The notes beneath the pieces were generated by a model. It had not been told where the DNA came from, made no database searches, and worked only from the letters and a program-made list of their open reading frames with translations. A stretch of 62,866 bases of DNA, filler included, from Basidiobolus meristosporus CBS 931.73 (Eukaryota; Fungi; Basidiobolomycota): assembly GCA_002104905.1 (NCBI GenBank). It is 4 parts of 4 records of this genome, joined end to end, with 100 filler letters (N's around TTAATTAATTAA, not from the genome) between each part and the next. Parts side by side here need not be neighbours in the genome. Positions count along the whole stretch, not along the records: positions 1 to 21,776 come from MCFE01000986.1; 3 more parts are not named here. One strand, written 5' to 3'. The position numbers and the translations under genes are program-made. Below are positions 1-14,100 of the stretch, piece by piece (position 1 is the stretch's first letter; each line of letters begins with the position of its first letter).

Positions 1-257
1 TTCCCTCTGTGGGAGGTAAATGTTCTTGGTGTTGGTGCCTTAATAATAGACCTATTCTGGTGGATAGCGCCACATAGTGCCAGTTTATGGTGCCAGATTA
101 ATCTGACACTCTATGGCACCATCTAGCACAATATTTCCATCATGATGATGGTGGTAGGATAAAGATACTGGTAATTTTACCCAATCTTACTTTTGCTGCT
201 CAGAATAGTGCTTTTCTTGCTTTGTTGACCCTTTGTAATGCTCTAGAAACATTTCTC

Positions 258-785
258 TCAGCAGATTCTTCTTGTACAAATATTCTGTGCATTAATAAGT
301 ATAATAACAATTTTACATATTCTGCTGCTTTCTCCTGTATATGACTTTCCTCTGTATATACCTGTCAATATGTTGAGTCTCTTTAGACATCCCAATGTAT
401 GCCCTACTCTCACTGTGAAATGATCAAATATCTCATTGTTGAGCTTCTGCTTCCTGTCAAGCACACTATTCCTTGGCTTTCTATAAGCTATAATACATCC
501 TAATATCTCAAAATCCTCTTCTATATAAGCTAAATCTGCCATACATTTTTCCCCTCTACTGAATCCTGGATGATTCTCTATCCAGAGTTCTTTATTATGC
601 CTACCTCCAGTAAATGGTGTACTAAACAAGATGATGTGACCCTTAATGTCTGAGAGTGTTTGAAACTTCACATAGTGTGCCTTGTTCTTGCCAGAATAAA
701 TGTGTCTCTGCCCTCTGTAAGGTCTATTAATCCTAACTGGGAAGGTATCCACAATACTCCTGATATGGAACCTATTGCTGAACAC
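258..785 (-). pseudogene. Degenerate DDE transposase remnant, PIF/Harbinger (IS5-like, DDE_Tnp_4-type)
   Basis: Translation shows IVDTFPVRINRP (first Asp), YSGKNKAHYVKFQ, GGRHN and MADLAY, matching the D...YSGKK.H..K.Q...G..HD...DxGY layout of this family. No clean start; lies in CpG-depleted DNA. Confidence 0.55.
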
Positions 786-3446
786 ACTGAGATATAGAAG
801 TCTATTGGAGCTTCTGAGCCAAGTATTCCAAGCTTATTCTATGTCATTCATACTCTCTGAAAGGTGGTTCTCCATTGCTGTCAGCTGGGAATGAAAGCTT
901 CTAGGACTTTCTTGCCATGGATGGCAGGATGCAACCTGGTAGGGCATTAACCCTTGTAATAGCAGAGAAGCTTAACAAGGGATCTTCCTGAGTAGATTGG
1001 GGTAGATGGTCCACAGTATCTGGTATAAATCTCCTCCAATGCATCAAAAGGAAATGCAGTGGTAGTGCTGGGAATGATGAGAAAAGACTATTCAGATGAG
1101 TAAGCCATATTAAAATTGGTAGGTGATTGGGCAGATGTGTTTAAATTGATTTGGCACAATCCAGTTGATTTATCTGGCATTCAACACACTATGATTCAAT
1201 CTCCATCAGTTTCCATGTATTCAGTCATTATGTTGCAAAATTTATCCTCAAACAATGACTTGGCAACTTTATTGATGATTTACTCTGAAGTCTGAAATCA
1301 TATAGGAAATCTGCAACTGATGTGAACTTGTCCATGTCAATGCAGTCCAAGATGCAATGTTCATAACATATGGAAATACAACAGGTACACTAGTATTCAT
1401 ATATATTTCATATAAGACCAGATTGTTGCCAGTATGTTATTGTATCAGTATCCAAATCTGTCACTTTGATGCCTACACCAAGTCTTGACTCATCTTTATT
1501 ACAACCCTGACAAAACCCATCCCCTAGCTCACAAGTATGATCCAGACAAAAAACCAGTGTTGAATCTGTTTGAGTACCTGCCAAATGATTTTAGCATGGC
1601 TTAAGTGTCTATGATGTGCCTTCATACAGATATTTGGGCACTACTCACTAATCTAGCAGAATGGGACACCTCAGAGAGTTAACAGAGTTGGAAGAACTTG
1701 AGTAGAAAGCTGTGAAACAAGCTCCACATGAGGATGCCAGCAGATATATATAAGAAGATATATAAAAGACAAACATTGAAATCAAGAATGAACTGAGAAT
1801 AAGGGGACTTGATAAGGAGGCTGTGTGCAAACAATCCCAAGCACAATTTCCACAGTATGGGCTGGATTTTTCTGTTGGTTCCTCAAGTTTGGGTACCAAG
1901 GAGATCTTGAATGAGTTTTTGCCTCAAATGACTAATGTACTCCATGATATATCAGTAGAGTTAAGTGGCTTCCAAGAGGAATATACACAGGACTCATTGC
2001 TGCAACAGTTTCAAAGTATCAGAAAGTGGGTAAGTGAATACTATGAGGAATCAGCAGGTGTGCCTCAACAGGAAGAATGCATACCACAAGTAACTGTGTC
2101 TAGATTGTACTAACAAACCTTGCTGGATTCCTTACCATCCCTTACAATGCCAGCAGGCCAGTGCATGTCAGTTCAATCTACACAAATACACTTAAAAAGA
2201 GTGCCCTGCATTAAGTCAATGCACATTGGGTCAACATGTGCACTTCACAGCAACACCACCAGAACTTGCCAAACTACTTATTTAGACACAGGTTCATTAG
2301 AGCAAGCCAAGTGGCATTAATACATAGCATCACATTAAACTCAGTCAAGGGCCAAGCCAATGCATCAAGTTGCATCTGCATGTGATGTTACACCTGACCA
2401 TCAGCAAGTCTCTTCTGGTGAGCTGACTGACAATAGCCCACTTTAAGTGCCTGCACCACCAGAGCCTTGAGCAAGTCAAAGAGCATGTCAGCACATGGCA
2501 CTTCAAGCCAGCTCAATAACGTTATCTGGAGCAATTCAGTGTGGCCAAGCTCCAGCACTGCACTTATCAACTAAGAGGCAAAATACTGGCTACAGGTACA
2601 CAAGTAATCCAGTTGATAGTCAGTAAGGAAGTAGCTTAGGTATGCCAAGTAAATCAATACCAAAAGCTTTAGAAGTAATCCTGTGAGAAAAATACCTAGG
2701 AGAAGATGATGCAATTGCATTGAATTGCTATCATTTGTTGTAATCCAAACAACAGATTTTTTTGCAATCTAAATCAAGCCATTGCCAATCAGTGATCAGT
2801 AAGTTTTTGATATAAGTAGTATCAAGGTTATATCACACATGAGACAGAACCCCTATAAATAAACACCCTATAAATATAAATATTGAATGTAACACCAGTG
2901 TAACTATTTAATCTGTATTGCAGTCACCCAATTGGTTGCATTTGAGCTATGACACCTCTTTCAAATACTAAAATCTGGGATTTACTTGCTCAATGGGCAA
3001 AATGAGATATTTGATGGCAAATCAGGTAGCTTGGGTATTGGTCATTTGGCCAATTGAGGGCTAGAAACTTAAGGATACTTTTAGATAAATCAATCACTAG
3101 CATACCATTTTATTGGAGTGATAGTAACAAAAATGGTAAGTATCAGTGTAGCTTATGGTGTGAAAACATTTATTTCCAATTACAGTTAAGAAACATATCT
3201 AAATACCAGATTTTACCAACCATGAAAGTGGCATCTGGTTGCACACATGGTGCAAATATTACCAGTTGGTGCAATCTTTGCACCAACCTCATTGTTGCAG
3301 ATTGTGTCATGGTATGCATGATTGTCTCACATAGTGTAAACTGTCCAATAGCAATCCTGCCTACTGGTAGCTATATTATTTCTCACAATTGTTCTTAACA
3401 ACTGCAGATTGTGCAGTATACCCTGGCATGGTAAAGTGGAAATAGT

Positions 3447-5541
3447 CTAATAATAATGTATGTGAGTAGTGGAGTAAATCCCTTGGATCTCACACATTTG
3501 ACAGCCATACTGTCCATTGTGCCCAGAAAAGCTAGCTATCTTGCTGATGGCTGGGGTATCTCCAATGCAGATAATAATATGCACTTTGTTATGACAACCA
3601 TCTGGTACTGACCTGCAGGAAAGGATAAGACTCATCCAGCAATGGATACAGGTAGCTCTCCTGATTGGATGGTGATTTAGGCTCAGATACCAGTGACACT
3701 ACCATCAGATTCCTGTTCTGATTCTGTGAGATGGGCAGCAGATTCAGATTGCTGAGAATCAGTGGCCAACAGGATTTGCTGGTAGAGTACTTGCTTAATT
3801 AGAATCCATCAAATGGTCTTACAAACCTTCAAAGTAGCCCTTGCTTCTTAGTTGCTTTGATTGTTTGCCATCAGAAATATTGGACATGTTTACACTCAAT
3901 GGATGCCAAGTTCAATACTTCATAGCTTCACAGTATTTGTTGGACTGTGTGGGCCTCTTTAGTTGGGGTACTACAGGAATATAGCCAGAGTATGAAAGAT
4001 GTCTTCCTCCATTGGTGCTTGATTCCTGAAAGTTGGACACCTTACAATGGTGGCATTTTCTGAAGTGAATGCCATGCTACTGTTACCACATGCTAGAATC
4101 AGGATGGTCACTGGGTCATATGTCAGTTTTCCATATGTATCATGTACATAGTAAATGGCATCTGTGGTAATAAAAAGTATTCCATTACTACAATATCTCT
4201 AAACCAATATTGCACTCATTTCTTTATATTGCTTTTTGCTATTGTAACACACAAGTGAAAGATCAAGAGTTTCCAACTTTGAAGAACAAATGCTCCAGAC
4301 CCTGACAAGCAATCCACCCAAGAATATTATGTCATACAGAACACGTAGTAGCCAATACATTTTTCAAGTTACAGCTCATTTGAAGCAGTACTTAAGGAGT
4401 TATGACCAAAAGAGTCCAATTATTATATATACTATGCCTTATTGCTAGGATTACTAGGGTGACTTTGATTGCATGTAACTTTCAAGCCAGCCAATCAAAT
4501 CACGTGAAACTTTCACAGGTGCTGCGCCTATGTCCAATCTGCGCCACTGCAAGATTTTAGCTTTGTATCACGTGTATTGCTTGCGCAATTGCCCAAAAAC
4601 TTTGATCCTTCAGAATTTTCATATATATGACTTCCCCAGCTGAAAAATAAAGGAGAGCCTCTCTTTCCAGAATCTCCACACTACAATTACAAGTTTAAAG
4701 GTTATAAGACTTCCCCTACATCACTTGCACTGTTGAGTATTCTGACTTTGATTGGTACTACATCAGTAAAGAGACTGCAAAGCTCACAAGAATCCAATCT
4801 AAGTTCTACAAGAAACTACCACTTTTCTGTTGGAAAAGTCCCCTTCTAAGAAACCCCTTTACTCTAAAGACACTCCTTTAGACACCCCTCTAGGTCTAAA
4901 GACCCCTTTAGAGACTTCTACAACACACCCCTTTAGGTTAAAGGGGAGTTCAGAATTTACATATTAGGAAATATTTTCTCAGAAAGGAAAGTAACTTCCA
5001 AATAAGGAAAAGTTACTATAAAAGTAAATAAGCCCATTAGTTGACAGAAGGTCAGAACACTGCTGTAGAAGTGATAAACTCTGCCTACAGTATATTTTGA
5101 GCCTAAAATTGAGGAAATTAGTGAAAGTTATGTCTTCTATTGGTGTATCAAACTCTCAATAAACTATTTCAGTATTAGCATACTGGCAGTTGTTGTGTAG
5201 TGTTGATTAGTCTCTACATTGTAGAACAAGCCCCAAAATAATCATAATACAACACAACACATCCTGGAATGATTTTGGCAATAAGTAGTAGCAAATCCAC
5301 AAAGCCTTACTTACTGTAATTTGTGGAAACATGGCACTTCTCTAGCCATAACATTGCATCATTCTCCAGTAGATGGATCACTGATCTCACTTGGCACCAC
5401 AAAGTATCCTTGGCATTTTTTTACAGGTGTTGTCTTGTTGCATGTTAGAATTTGGCTGGGCTCATGCAGGGTACTGTTGTTAGGGGAGATAGGCTCACAA
5501 TCCATCAGTGAGCCTACTTCTTGAGAGCTATCACTCTGCAT
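3447..5541 (-). mobile_element. CACTA/EnSpm-like (tnp2/Transposase_21-type) transposase remnant, interrupted by a solo LTR at 4163-5259
   Basis: 3447-3635 encodes IICIGDTPAISKIASFSGHNGQYGCQMC. 3447-3793 is paralogous to 9880-10220, and 5440-5510 is paralogous to 52049-52120. Many stops and frameshifts. Confidence 0.6.
4163..5259. repeat. Solo LTR, family B (1097 bp)
   Basis: TG...CA termini (TGTGGTAAT...CAACACAACA), 4-bp target duplication CATC on both sides, and a second copy at 34178-35420. Confidence 0.85.
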
Positions 5542-5595
5542 CTCATATTCATAAGGCTGAGATGAGCCTAAAGACTTTTGTAATTACTAGACTGA

Positions 5596-6316
5596 TTCCG
5601 TTGGATAGTGACACATTGAGCCATGAGTGCCAAATGATGCCATAGTGTGCCAGGGAGGCCAAGTGAGCCTATACTTGGCCACAGAGTGTGCCGCACAGCT
5701 CTGCATCTTGCATGCAAAGCAGCCCCTGTGATTCACTCATTGTGATGGAGAAAATCCATTTTTTGACCTTTTTTTTTAGGTAAATGTTATACAGGATGTG
5801 CAAGTGCACAAAAGGATTGAAGATATGCATCTGGTACTCAATACCCATGGCATTCTGAATCTAGCACCTGTGGCTTGTAACATGTCACAAAAATGCATGG
5901 CACTATCTTGGTCCACTGGTACTATCTGGCACTATATTTAAATATTAGCCCTAAAGTAAGATCAATACAAAGCACTTATAGTGCCAGATAGTACCAGTGG
6001 ACCAAGATAGTGCCATGCATTTTTGTGACATGTTACAAGCCACAGGTGCTAGATTCAGAGTGCAATGGGTATTGAGTACCAGATGCATATCTTCAATCCT
6101 TTAGTGCTCTTACACATCCTGCACAATATTGATCCTCAAAAGAATGTCAAAAAATGGATTTTCTCCTGCATCATAGGTGAAACACAGGGGCTGCTTTGAA
6201 TGAAGATGCAGATCTATGTTTCACACTCTGTGGTCAAGTATAGGCTCACTTGGCCTCTCTGGCTCACTATGACATCATTTGGCACTCATGGCTCAATGTG
6301 GCACTATCCAATGGAA
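5596..6316. repeat. Long imperfect inverted repeat (foldback): arms ~5596-5936 and ~5977-6316, ~40-bp spacer
   Basis: The arms are reverse complements, e.g. catggcactatcttggtccactggtactatctggcactat versus atagtgccagatagtaccagtggaccaagatagtgccatg. Confidence 0.9.
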
Positions 6317-6330
6317 CAAGTCTATAAAGT

Positions 6331-6673
6331 TGTCACTTAATATTGGTGCTAACTTAGTCACAAAGACCTTATTCTTTGATTGGCATTCTTTCCTGACCAA
6401 ATTTCTTGTTGAGACTTACTTGGAATATTTTCACCAATTTATCAGGTACCCAGGTTGTAATATTTCTCAAAGTGGTCCAAAAGCCCCTAAACTCTGCACA
6501 CATATTCTTGGAACCTTCCTTTCACAAACTCCATGTAGTAGTTTGCTCTACTTGACAATATTGTTAACACCATACTTTTGATCAATCAGTCAACAAGTTA
6601 ATCACATTTAAATCTTCTAGTTCTCCATATCACTTCCAATACTACTCAGAATATTGCAACAGGCTATGAGCCT
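6331..6673 (+). repeat. Degenerate copia-type LTR followed by a PBS-like GGCTATGAGCCT
   Basis: Resembles the reverse complement of the 350-bp copia LTR, ends in ...TTGCAACA, and is followed by a variant of the GGTTATGAGCCC primer site. Left end approximate. Confidence 0.5.
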
Positions 6674-8524
6674 CAAGCTTGCTGTCCTCTTGGTGTATAC
6701 TTTGCCTAGGATCCATTTCTGCTAGTCTGGTGAGAGACTTTGTGCACTATTACACTGCTAAAGATAAAGATGACTACTGCTGCTGAACAGACTATTCTCA
6801 GGAGGATATTGCTGTGGCAAAGAAAGCCTTACCTTGAGAGGCTCATTCAGCAACTACTCAAGCTAGTTATGAAGGAGAGTCTATCATGTTGACATGTAAG
6901 TATGTCAAGAAATATAGTATGTTGGTGCTCTACAACTACTGAAGAAAATTGCATAATTCCAGCAATTCAGGATCCTGATCTACAATGAAATATATTGCTA
7001 TATGTATTCATAAGCCCTGAATTGACTGTGGGACAAGGTTTTGGTCAGGACATTATCCTAAAAAAACAAGATCATTATTGAAAGATTTATGGAGGAAGAT
7101 TTAACCAGATCTGTTGCTGCTCAAAACAAGGCCAAGAATTCAAGCACTAAAGCTGTTGACCACCTTTTTGGACTACTTACTGATGGAAGAAGATCTCAGA
7201 AACAAGCTCTGTCAATTGATAGGATCCTATTGTCATAGAGTACATATATATCCCACCTGGAGAACAGATAAGTGCCACAAAATCCAATAGAAGTTTGCTA
7301 TAGCTGTATTAACTGTTTGATACTGAAGCCAATGAACCAGAGGCTAGAAATGGTGCTTTTAGACATGCTATCACTTTGTTTAAGTTGTAATACAGTGGGA
7401 GAAAGTATTATACAAATTTGGCAAAGTCAAATGAAGGAAATTCTACCAGCAGCCAAAAACAGTGGAGCAAATGATTACAAGCGTGATTCAAGTATAAAAC
7501 CAAGCAACAGTTGGCCAGTGTATTGCTAAGAGCCACTTAGAGAGTAGCATAATTTTATTTTTGTCTTATACACACTACTTGTTACAGTGGGATAAAACAC
7601 CTGGTGACATTTGATTCTCTGGATCAGATTAGAGGAATTGTGATTGATCAAGTACCTACCAAGCTCTGCAACTGGCTTTCAAATTCAGCTTATTTGATCA
7701 AATTTGGTCAACTCTACCAAAAGATATGATTGATAAAAGTGGATGCCAATTTTAATTTTATCACTCTCAAATAGTCAAATACTTGTGACCAACAATATCA
7801 TGAGGACTTCTATGCTCAGACATACTGTGGTCCCTCTTGTAAGGAAGTCCAACCATCTCACAAAAAAATTTGTGTTATCAGCGGAAAAAGAAAAAGTAGA
7901 AAATGGGAAAATACACTACTCCACATTAGGGTTCTTCTCCAATAGAGCCAATACCTATGTAGGGATATATTTGGACTATCTGACAATGTAGATATGCTCC
8001 ATGGAGTCTCTTGTACAAGGTTGTCAAGCCAGAAGCCCCAGAAGAGCCTTTAAATTTCAACAGGATCTGTTGGATATAGTTGGAGATGTTGGAGCAGATT
8101 ATTAAAGCCGTATTCTTGATGTATGCTGTCTATAGTGCTGAAAGAAAAAGATGCAGGGATCAATCAGATAGCTTTTTGGATTCTGAAGATACTGAGAAGA
8201 TCAGTTAGCTGTGCAAGCCAAGCTCAAGGTTAAAAATAACATCAGGAGAATAAGAATAATTGAAGCCTCAGTTAAGGAGAATCTCACTCCCAGTGAAGCA
8301 CCAGTCTCTACACTACAAGTATATTCTGATATGATAAGAGCAGCTGTATCAGTCCAAATTGGTAGAAGCCCTATAAAAATTGCTACCAAACAACCTATGG
8401 TATTTTCAATATAATGCAACAGTACCAAGTTACCAAATGGTATTTCCTTTTGCTACCTCCACTTGTGCAATTCATATATTCCACTGTGGAATCACCCCTC
8501 TTTATTTGCTTACCCATTACAACC

Positions 8525-10220
8525 TTAGGTATTCCACATATAGTTCAAATCAAAAAAAATTATGGCCTCCCACTTACTAACCTCTACAAACACACACCCC
8601 TGACACAATTGACATACTTCTATCACCTCAACTTTATGGCTTTTTAGTGTGATACTTGCAAAGTTGCCATATACCTTGTACTGCAGGTAACATATACATC
8701 TTGCAAACATATGCTTGGTTGTTGCCACTTCTGCCATGAATAGCTCCTGAATATCTGCAAAGAACTTTGGGTATTTAGCCAATATATTCCTTCTCCCTGC
8801 TGGATTCTGGTTCCCTGTATATGTGCACTCTGGCTCTTGTTTGTGTGAATTCTGTATTGAATGGTGTAGAAGTTGGCTTGTGACCAAGAGAAATCTGGCA
8901 TACCTTGGTAGAGCTTTCCTAACAAGAATTGGTTGCTTGTTGCACCCAATTCAACTTTGCATTACTTAACTGATTACCCACACATTGGGGCTGCTTAGCT
9001 TCTAAATGCCATAGGCATAGGTGTCTCCATGTGCACATTTGTCCTCAGTATTTGCCAACTCTTCCTGGCTGTCTTCCATGTGCCAACTCATCACATCTAT
9101 GACAGACCTGAAAGTAGTATTCTTGATGAGATTGGGATATGTTAGTACCTGTAACTTGGCTTGTCTTCCTATCTCCCCACATATCTGCTCTATAGGAAAC
9201 TCCCAAAAGGTGGACCAAGGCCCAATATTCTCCACACACTGAGCAAGATGGAGTGGAGATTGGATTCAGCAGTGGCAGAGATCTATGTGTTCAGCTTTAT
9301 GTTTGTAGAATAGCCGCTCAAATCCCATTGCAAGCTCCTTGCACAACAGCTGTAGATGCATCAAGTTAGCATTGGTGATCTGCTTCCAGATAAATATTCC
9401 TACAATGTCCACATATGACTCCCAATGCTTCCAATGTACTCTTGGTAGAAATGTCTTCAGAAGGCCACTTGAATAAACAAATATACAGTTCATTCAGTCC
9501 TTGTACTTGTATTGTTGCATATGTGTATGAATGTTGATTGGAGTCTGTGAGAAGTACTTAAGGTACCAGATACTCTGTAATATCTTGCCAATTCTTTCAA
9601 CTTTCTCCAGTATCTTGAAGGGCTCAGTTAGCTTGAAATGCCCCATGTATAACTTGATCATCAGTATAGTGATATTATTGAAAAGCAAATGCATTGCTCC
9701 CAATGGAAAGCCTTTACTCCAACAGATACCCTCTATCTTAATTATATCTGGTTTCTGATTGACTCCATATTCCAGCCAATAGCTTATAGCTTGCCAACTT
9801 TGCTGCAACTGCATGCTGACTTTTGTGCATTCTCTCTGAGGGAAGATGATGTTCTTAGTGTTGGTGTTTGGGCAATAATAATGTGTGTGAGTTATGGAGT
9901 AAGTCCCCTGGATCCCACACATTTGACAGCAAAACTGTCCATTGTGCCCAGCAAAACCTGCTATCTTGCTGATGGCTGGGGTATCACCAATGTATATAAT
10001 AATATGTGCTTTCACATGACAGCCATTTACTGTTATCCTGCTGGAAAGCATACTAATTCTATCCAGTAATGGATACAGGTAGCTATCCAGGTTGGACAGT
10101 AATTGAGGCCCAAATACCAGCAAGACTACCATTGGATTCCAGCTCTGATTCTGTGAGATGGGAGCAGTTTCAGATTGATGAGAATCAGTGGCCAGCAAGA
10201 TTTGCTGGTAGAGTACTTGT
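8525..10220 (-). mobile_element. CACTA/EnSpm-like transposase remnant (minus copy)
   Basis: SYLYPLLD, IGDTPAISKIAGFAGHNGQFCCQMC, GAMHLLFNN and FWEFPIEQICGEI motifs across ORFs 9494-10264, 9266-9493, 9002-9235 and 8525-8887. Confidence 0.65.
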
Positions 10221-10235
10221 ATAAAAATAATCACT

Positions 10236-11160
10236 ATCCAGCCTGGATAGCTACCTGTATCCATTGCTGGATGAAATTTGTATGCTTTGCAGCAGGATAA
10301 TGATAAATAGCTGTCATGTAAAAACGCATATTATTATCTGCATTGGATATTCCCCAGTCATTAGCAAGATAGCAGGTTTTTCCAGGCACTATGGATGGTA
10401 TTGCTGTCAAATGTGTGAGATCCAGCAGATTTACTCCACAACTTGCACACATTATTATTATCCAAACACCAGCACTTAGAACATCATCTTTCCACAGAGA
10501 GAACATAAAGAAGTAGGCATGCAATTGCAGTAAAGTTAGCAAGCTATAGGCCATTGGCTGGAATATGGAATCAATCAGAAGCCAGTGATACTTAAGATAG
10601 AGGGTATCTGTTGGAGCAAAAGCTTTCCACTGGGAGCAATGCATTTGCTTTTGAATAATATCCCTGTACTGATGATCATGCTGTACATGGGGCATTTCAA
10701 GCTAAATGAGCCCTTAAAGATACCGGAGAAATTTGAAAGAATTAGCAAGATATTACAGAGTATCTGCTACCCTAAGTACTTCTCACAGGCTCCAATTAAT
10801 ATTCATATGCATATGCAACAATACAAATGCAAAGACTGGATGAGCTGGATATGTATTTATTCAAGTGGTATTCTGCAGTCATTCCTACCCAGAGTACATT
10901 GAAAGCATTGGGAGTCATATGTGGACATTGTTGGAATATTTATCCAGAAGCTGATGACCAATGCCAACTTGACGCATCTACAGCTGTTGTGTGAGGAGTT
11001 TGCAATGGGATTTGAGCGGCTATACTACAAGCATAAAGCTGAACACATAGATCTCTGCCACTACTGTACACATTTTCTACTTCTTCTTGCATGGTGAGTG
11101 GAGAATATTGGCCCTTGCTTCACCTTTTGGGAGTTTCCTATGGAGCAGATGTGTGAGGAG
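10236..11160 (+). mobile_element. CACTA/EnSpm-like transposase remnant (plus copy), inverted duplicate of ~9172-10097
   Basis: Same peptide blocks (GICWSKSFPLGAMHLL, KHWESYVDIVGIF, FWEFPMEQMCEE) with in-frame stops. Cut at 11161 by a copia LTR. Confidence 0.65.
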
Positions 11161-14100
11161 TGTTGTAAGAGTCTTGGAGATATTGGAAGTCATTGGGAGG
11201 ACAAGTAGATTATGTGGTTTTCACTTAATGATTTATTGAATGTAAAGTAGTATTTATACTTTTACATGGTCTTGGCATTACAAACACGTAGTATAGGTTA
11301 AGGAAGGTCCCAAGAACATGTGTGCAAAGTTTGGGGCTGTTTGGACAACTTTGAGAATTTTCATGTTCTGTGTACCTGGTATTTTGATGAAAATATTCTA
11401 AGTAAATCCCAACAGGAAATTCGGTCAGTATTCTCTAGGATTTGAAGGTGATGATCTAAGTGACTAAGTTAGGTGATTATTTAGGTGGAAATACAAATTT
11501 TTACAACACTTCCACTCAGCTAGATGTTCATACTGACTAGTCCTAATTTTACCTAAGATATTCAAACTTGTCTCTAGCTAATGGTTTGGTAAATATGTCT
11601 GCAATCATTTCATCTGTAGGACAGTAAACTAAGCTAACTAAGTTATTCTCTATAGCTTCACATATGAAATGATGTCTAATATCTATGTGCTTGGTTGTAG
11701 CATGCAAAGTTGGATTTCTACCTAATTGTATACATCTTTGATTATCTTGAAATAAAGTTATAGGAGTTTTTTGACACAGGCCTAAATCTGTAAAAAGCTT
11801 TCTTAACCACATTGCTTCTTTTGTAGCTTCACAGGCTGCCATGTACTCTGCCTCTGTAGTAGAGAGTGCTTTGGTTGGTTGCTTTCTTGAATTCCATGAA
11901 ATTGCTCCTTTACAGTAAAGAAAGGTGTATCCTGTGGTGGATCTTCTGTCTTCTAAATTTTGTCCCCAATCAGCATGAGAGTATCCCACAAGATCCTGTT
12001 CTGAATCCTTATGAGTGTATCTTAAGCAGATATCAGCAGTTCCTTTTGGGTATCTAAAAATCCGCTTAACTGCTGCAATATGACCAGATCCATATTTCTG
12101 ATTATGTTGGCTGACAGCTCCCACTGAATATGAGATATCTGGATGTGTTCCAAGCATGATGTACATCAGACTGCCAACCATAGATTGATAAGGAAAGTCA
12201 GGGCTTTCAGATGGCACTAAGCTCTCTTGATTTGGTTGCGTTTTAACCAAGTTAAGGTTTGTCTCCATTGGGGTAGCTGCCGGTTTACAGTCTTCCATTT
12301 GGTACTTCTTTAGTATATCTTGAATATACTTGGATTGGCTTAGGGTGATAGTCTGGGTACTTCTGTCTATGGAGAACTTAATCCCTAAGTAGTAATTAAG
12401 TTCTCTTAGATTGGACATCTTGAACTCCTTAGATAGGCTGGATTTAGTCTCTTCCAATGTTTCTGGGTTATTGGCGGCTATAATAAGATCATCCACATAT
12501 AGAGCTAATAGAGCTGGATTTGCTCTATCTGGCTTATAGTATATACTATAGTCAGTATTACTCCTTTTGAAACTCAAAGATTCCAAATAAGAATCTATCT
12601 TGCAATTCCAGGCTCTTGGTGATTGTTTGAGACCATATAGTGACTTTTTAAGCTTGAAGACCAAATGGGGGTTAGCTTGGTCAACAAACCCATCAGGCTG
12701 GTCCATATACACGTCCTCATCAAGTTCTCCACTCAAAAATGCAGTTTTTACATCCATTTGATGAATAAAAAACTTATATTTTGCTGCAATAGCCAATATT
12801 AATCCAAAGGAATTAAACTTGGCTACCGGTGCAAAGGTCTCAGTATATTCAAGTCCTTTTGTTTGAGAGTATCCTTTGGCTACAAGTCTTGCTTTGAATC
12901 TTTCAATTGTACCATCAGCCTTGTATTTTGTCTTGAAGACCCATCTGCATCCAATTGATTTTTGGTTGATTGGTAATTTGACTAAGTCCCAAGTTTGGTT
13001 TTCCATCAGGACCTGATATTCCTCAGTCATTGCAGATCTCCAAAACTTTGTCTGAGGGCTATTTAGGGCCTCTTTTACAGTCTGGGGTTCATCAATATGG
13101 ACTGAATAGGCATAGGCTAAGTTTGTACCCTCATTGATATAGTAATTTGGGCTATTTCTTGTCCGATTGGATCTCCTGGCATTTGATACTGGAATGATCA
13201 CTTTTGGGATATTCCTGGGCACTGATTCTGGCTGAACCACAGTTGTAGAGTCCTCTGGAGTGAAGAAATTTTCATTGTTTTGCTCTGATTCAATCCTGAC
13301 AATTGGTGGACTTGAGATCAAGTTTTTGTCATCATCTGATGTCATTTTTTGTGAAATTTTGAATTTTCATCAAACAACACATACCTGGACTTGATCAGCT
13401 TCTTTGCTTTGGTATTGTAGAGTCTGTATGCCTTACTCTCATTGCAGTAGCCCAAAAATATGCATTTTACACTTTTTGGCTCAAATTTTGACTGATTTCC
13501 GGCCGGTTTTTTGCCATATACTGTACACCAAAATATTCTTAGATGTTCTGCACTTGGTCTGTATCCATACCATGCTTTAAATGGAGTAGAGTCACAAAGT
13601 ATTCTCTTATAACTCCTATTCTTAAGGTATACAGCAGTGGCAACTGATTCCCCCAAAAATCATAGGATAATTTTTGATCATGGATCATAGATCTTGCCAT
13701 ATCAATTATTGATCTGTTAGCACATTCTGCTACTCCATTTTGCTGTGGGGAGTATGGTACAGTAGTCTCTTGCTTTATCCCATAAATTTTGCAGAAGTGG
13801 ATGAAGAGTTTTGAGGTATATTCTCCACCATTGTCAGAGCGTATTTTCTTGATTTTTTCACTAGTTTCTCTCTCCACCATGGCTTTAAACTCCCTGAGAT
13901 TAGACAGAGCTTCTTTCTTTCTCTCCATGAAGTAGACCCATGTGTATCTTGTATAATCATCAATAAAAGTGACTAAATACTTCATCCCGCCTAAGGATAA
14001 ATCTTACATAGGTCCACACAGATCTGAGTAAATTAGATCTAATTTTTTCTTAGTTTTGATTAACCCAGAGCTCTTGAACAGTTGTCTGGCTTGTTTCCCA

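Noticed and set aside
1648-2320. Possible helical-protein gene
   Set aside because: Stop-ridden and in CpG-depleted repeat DNA; cannot be assigned without a search.
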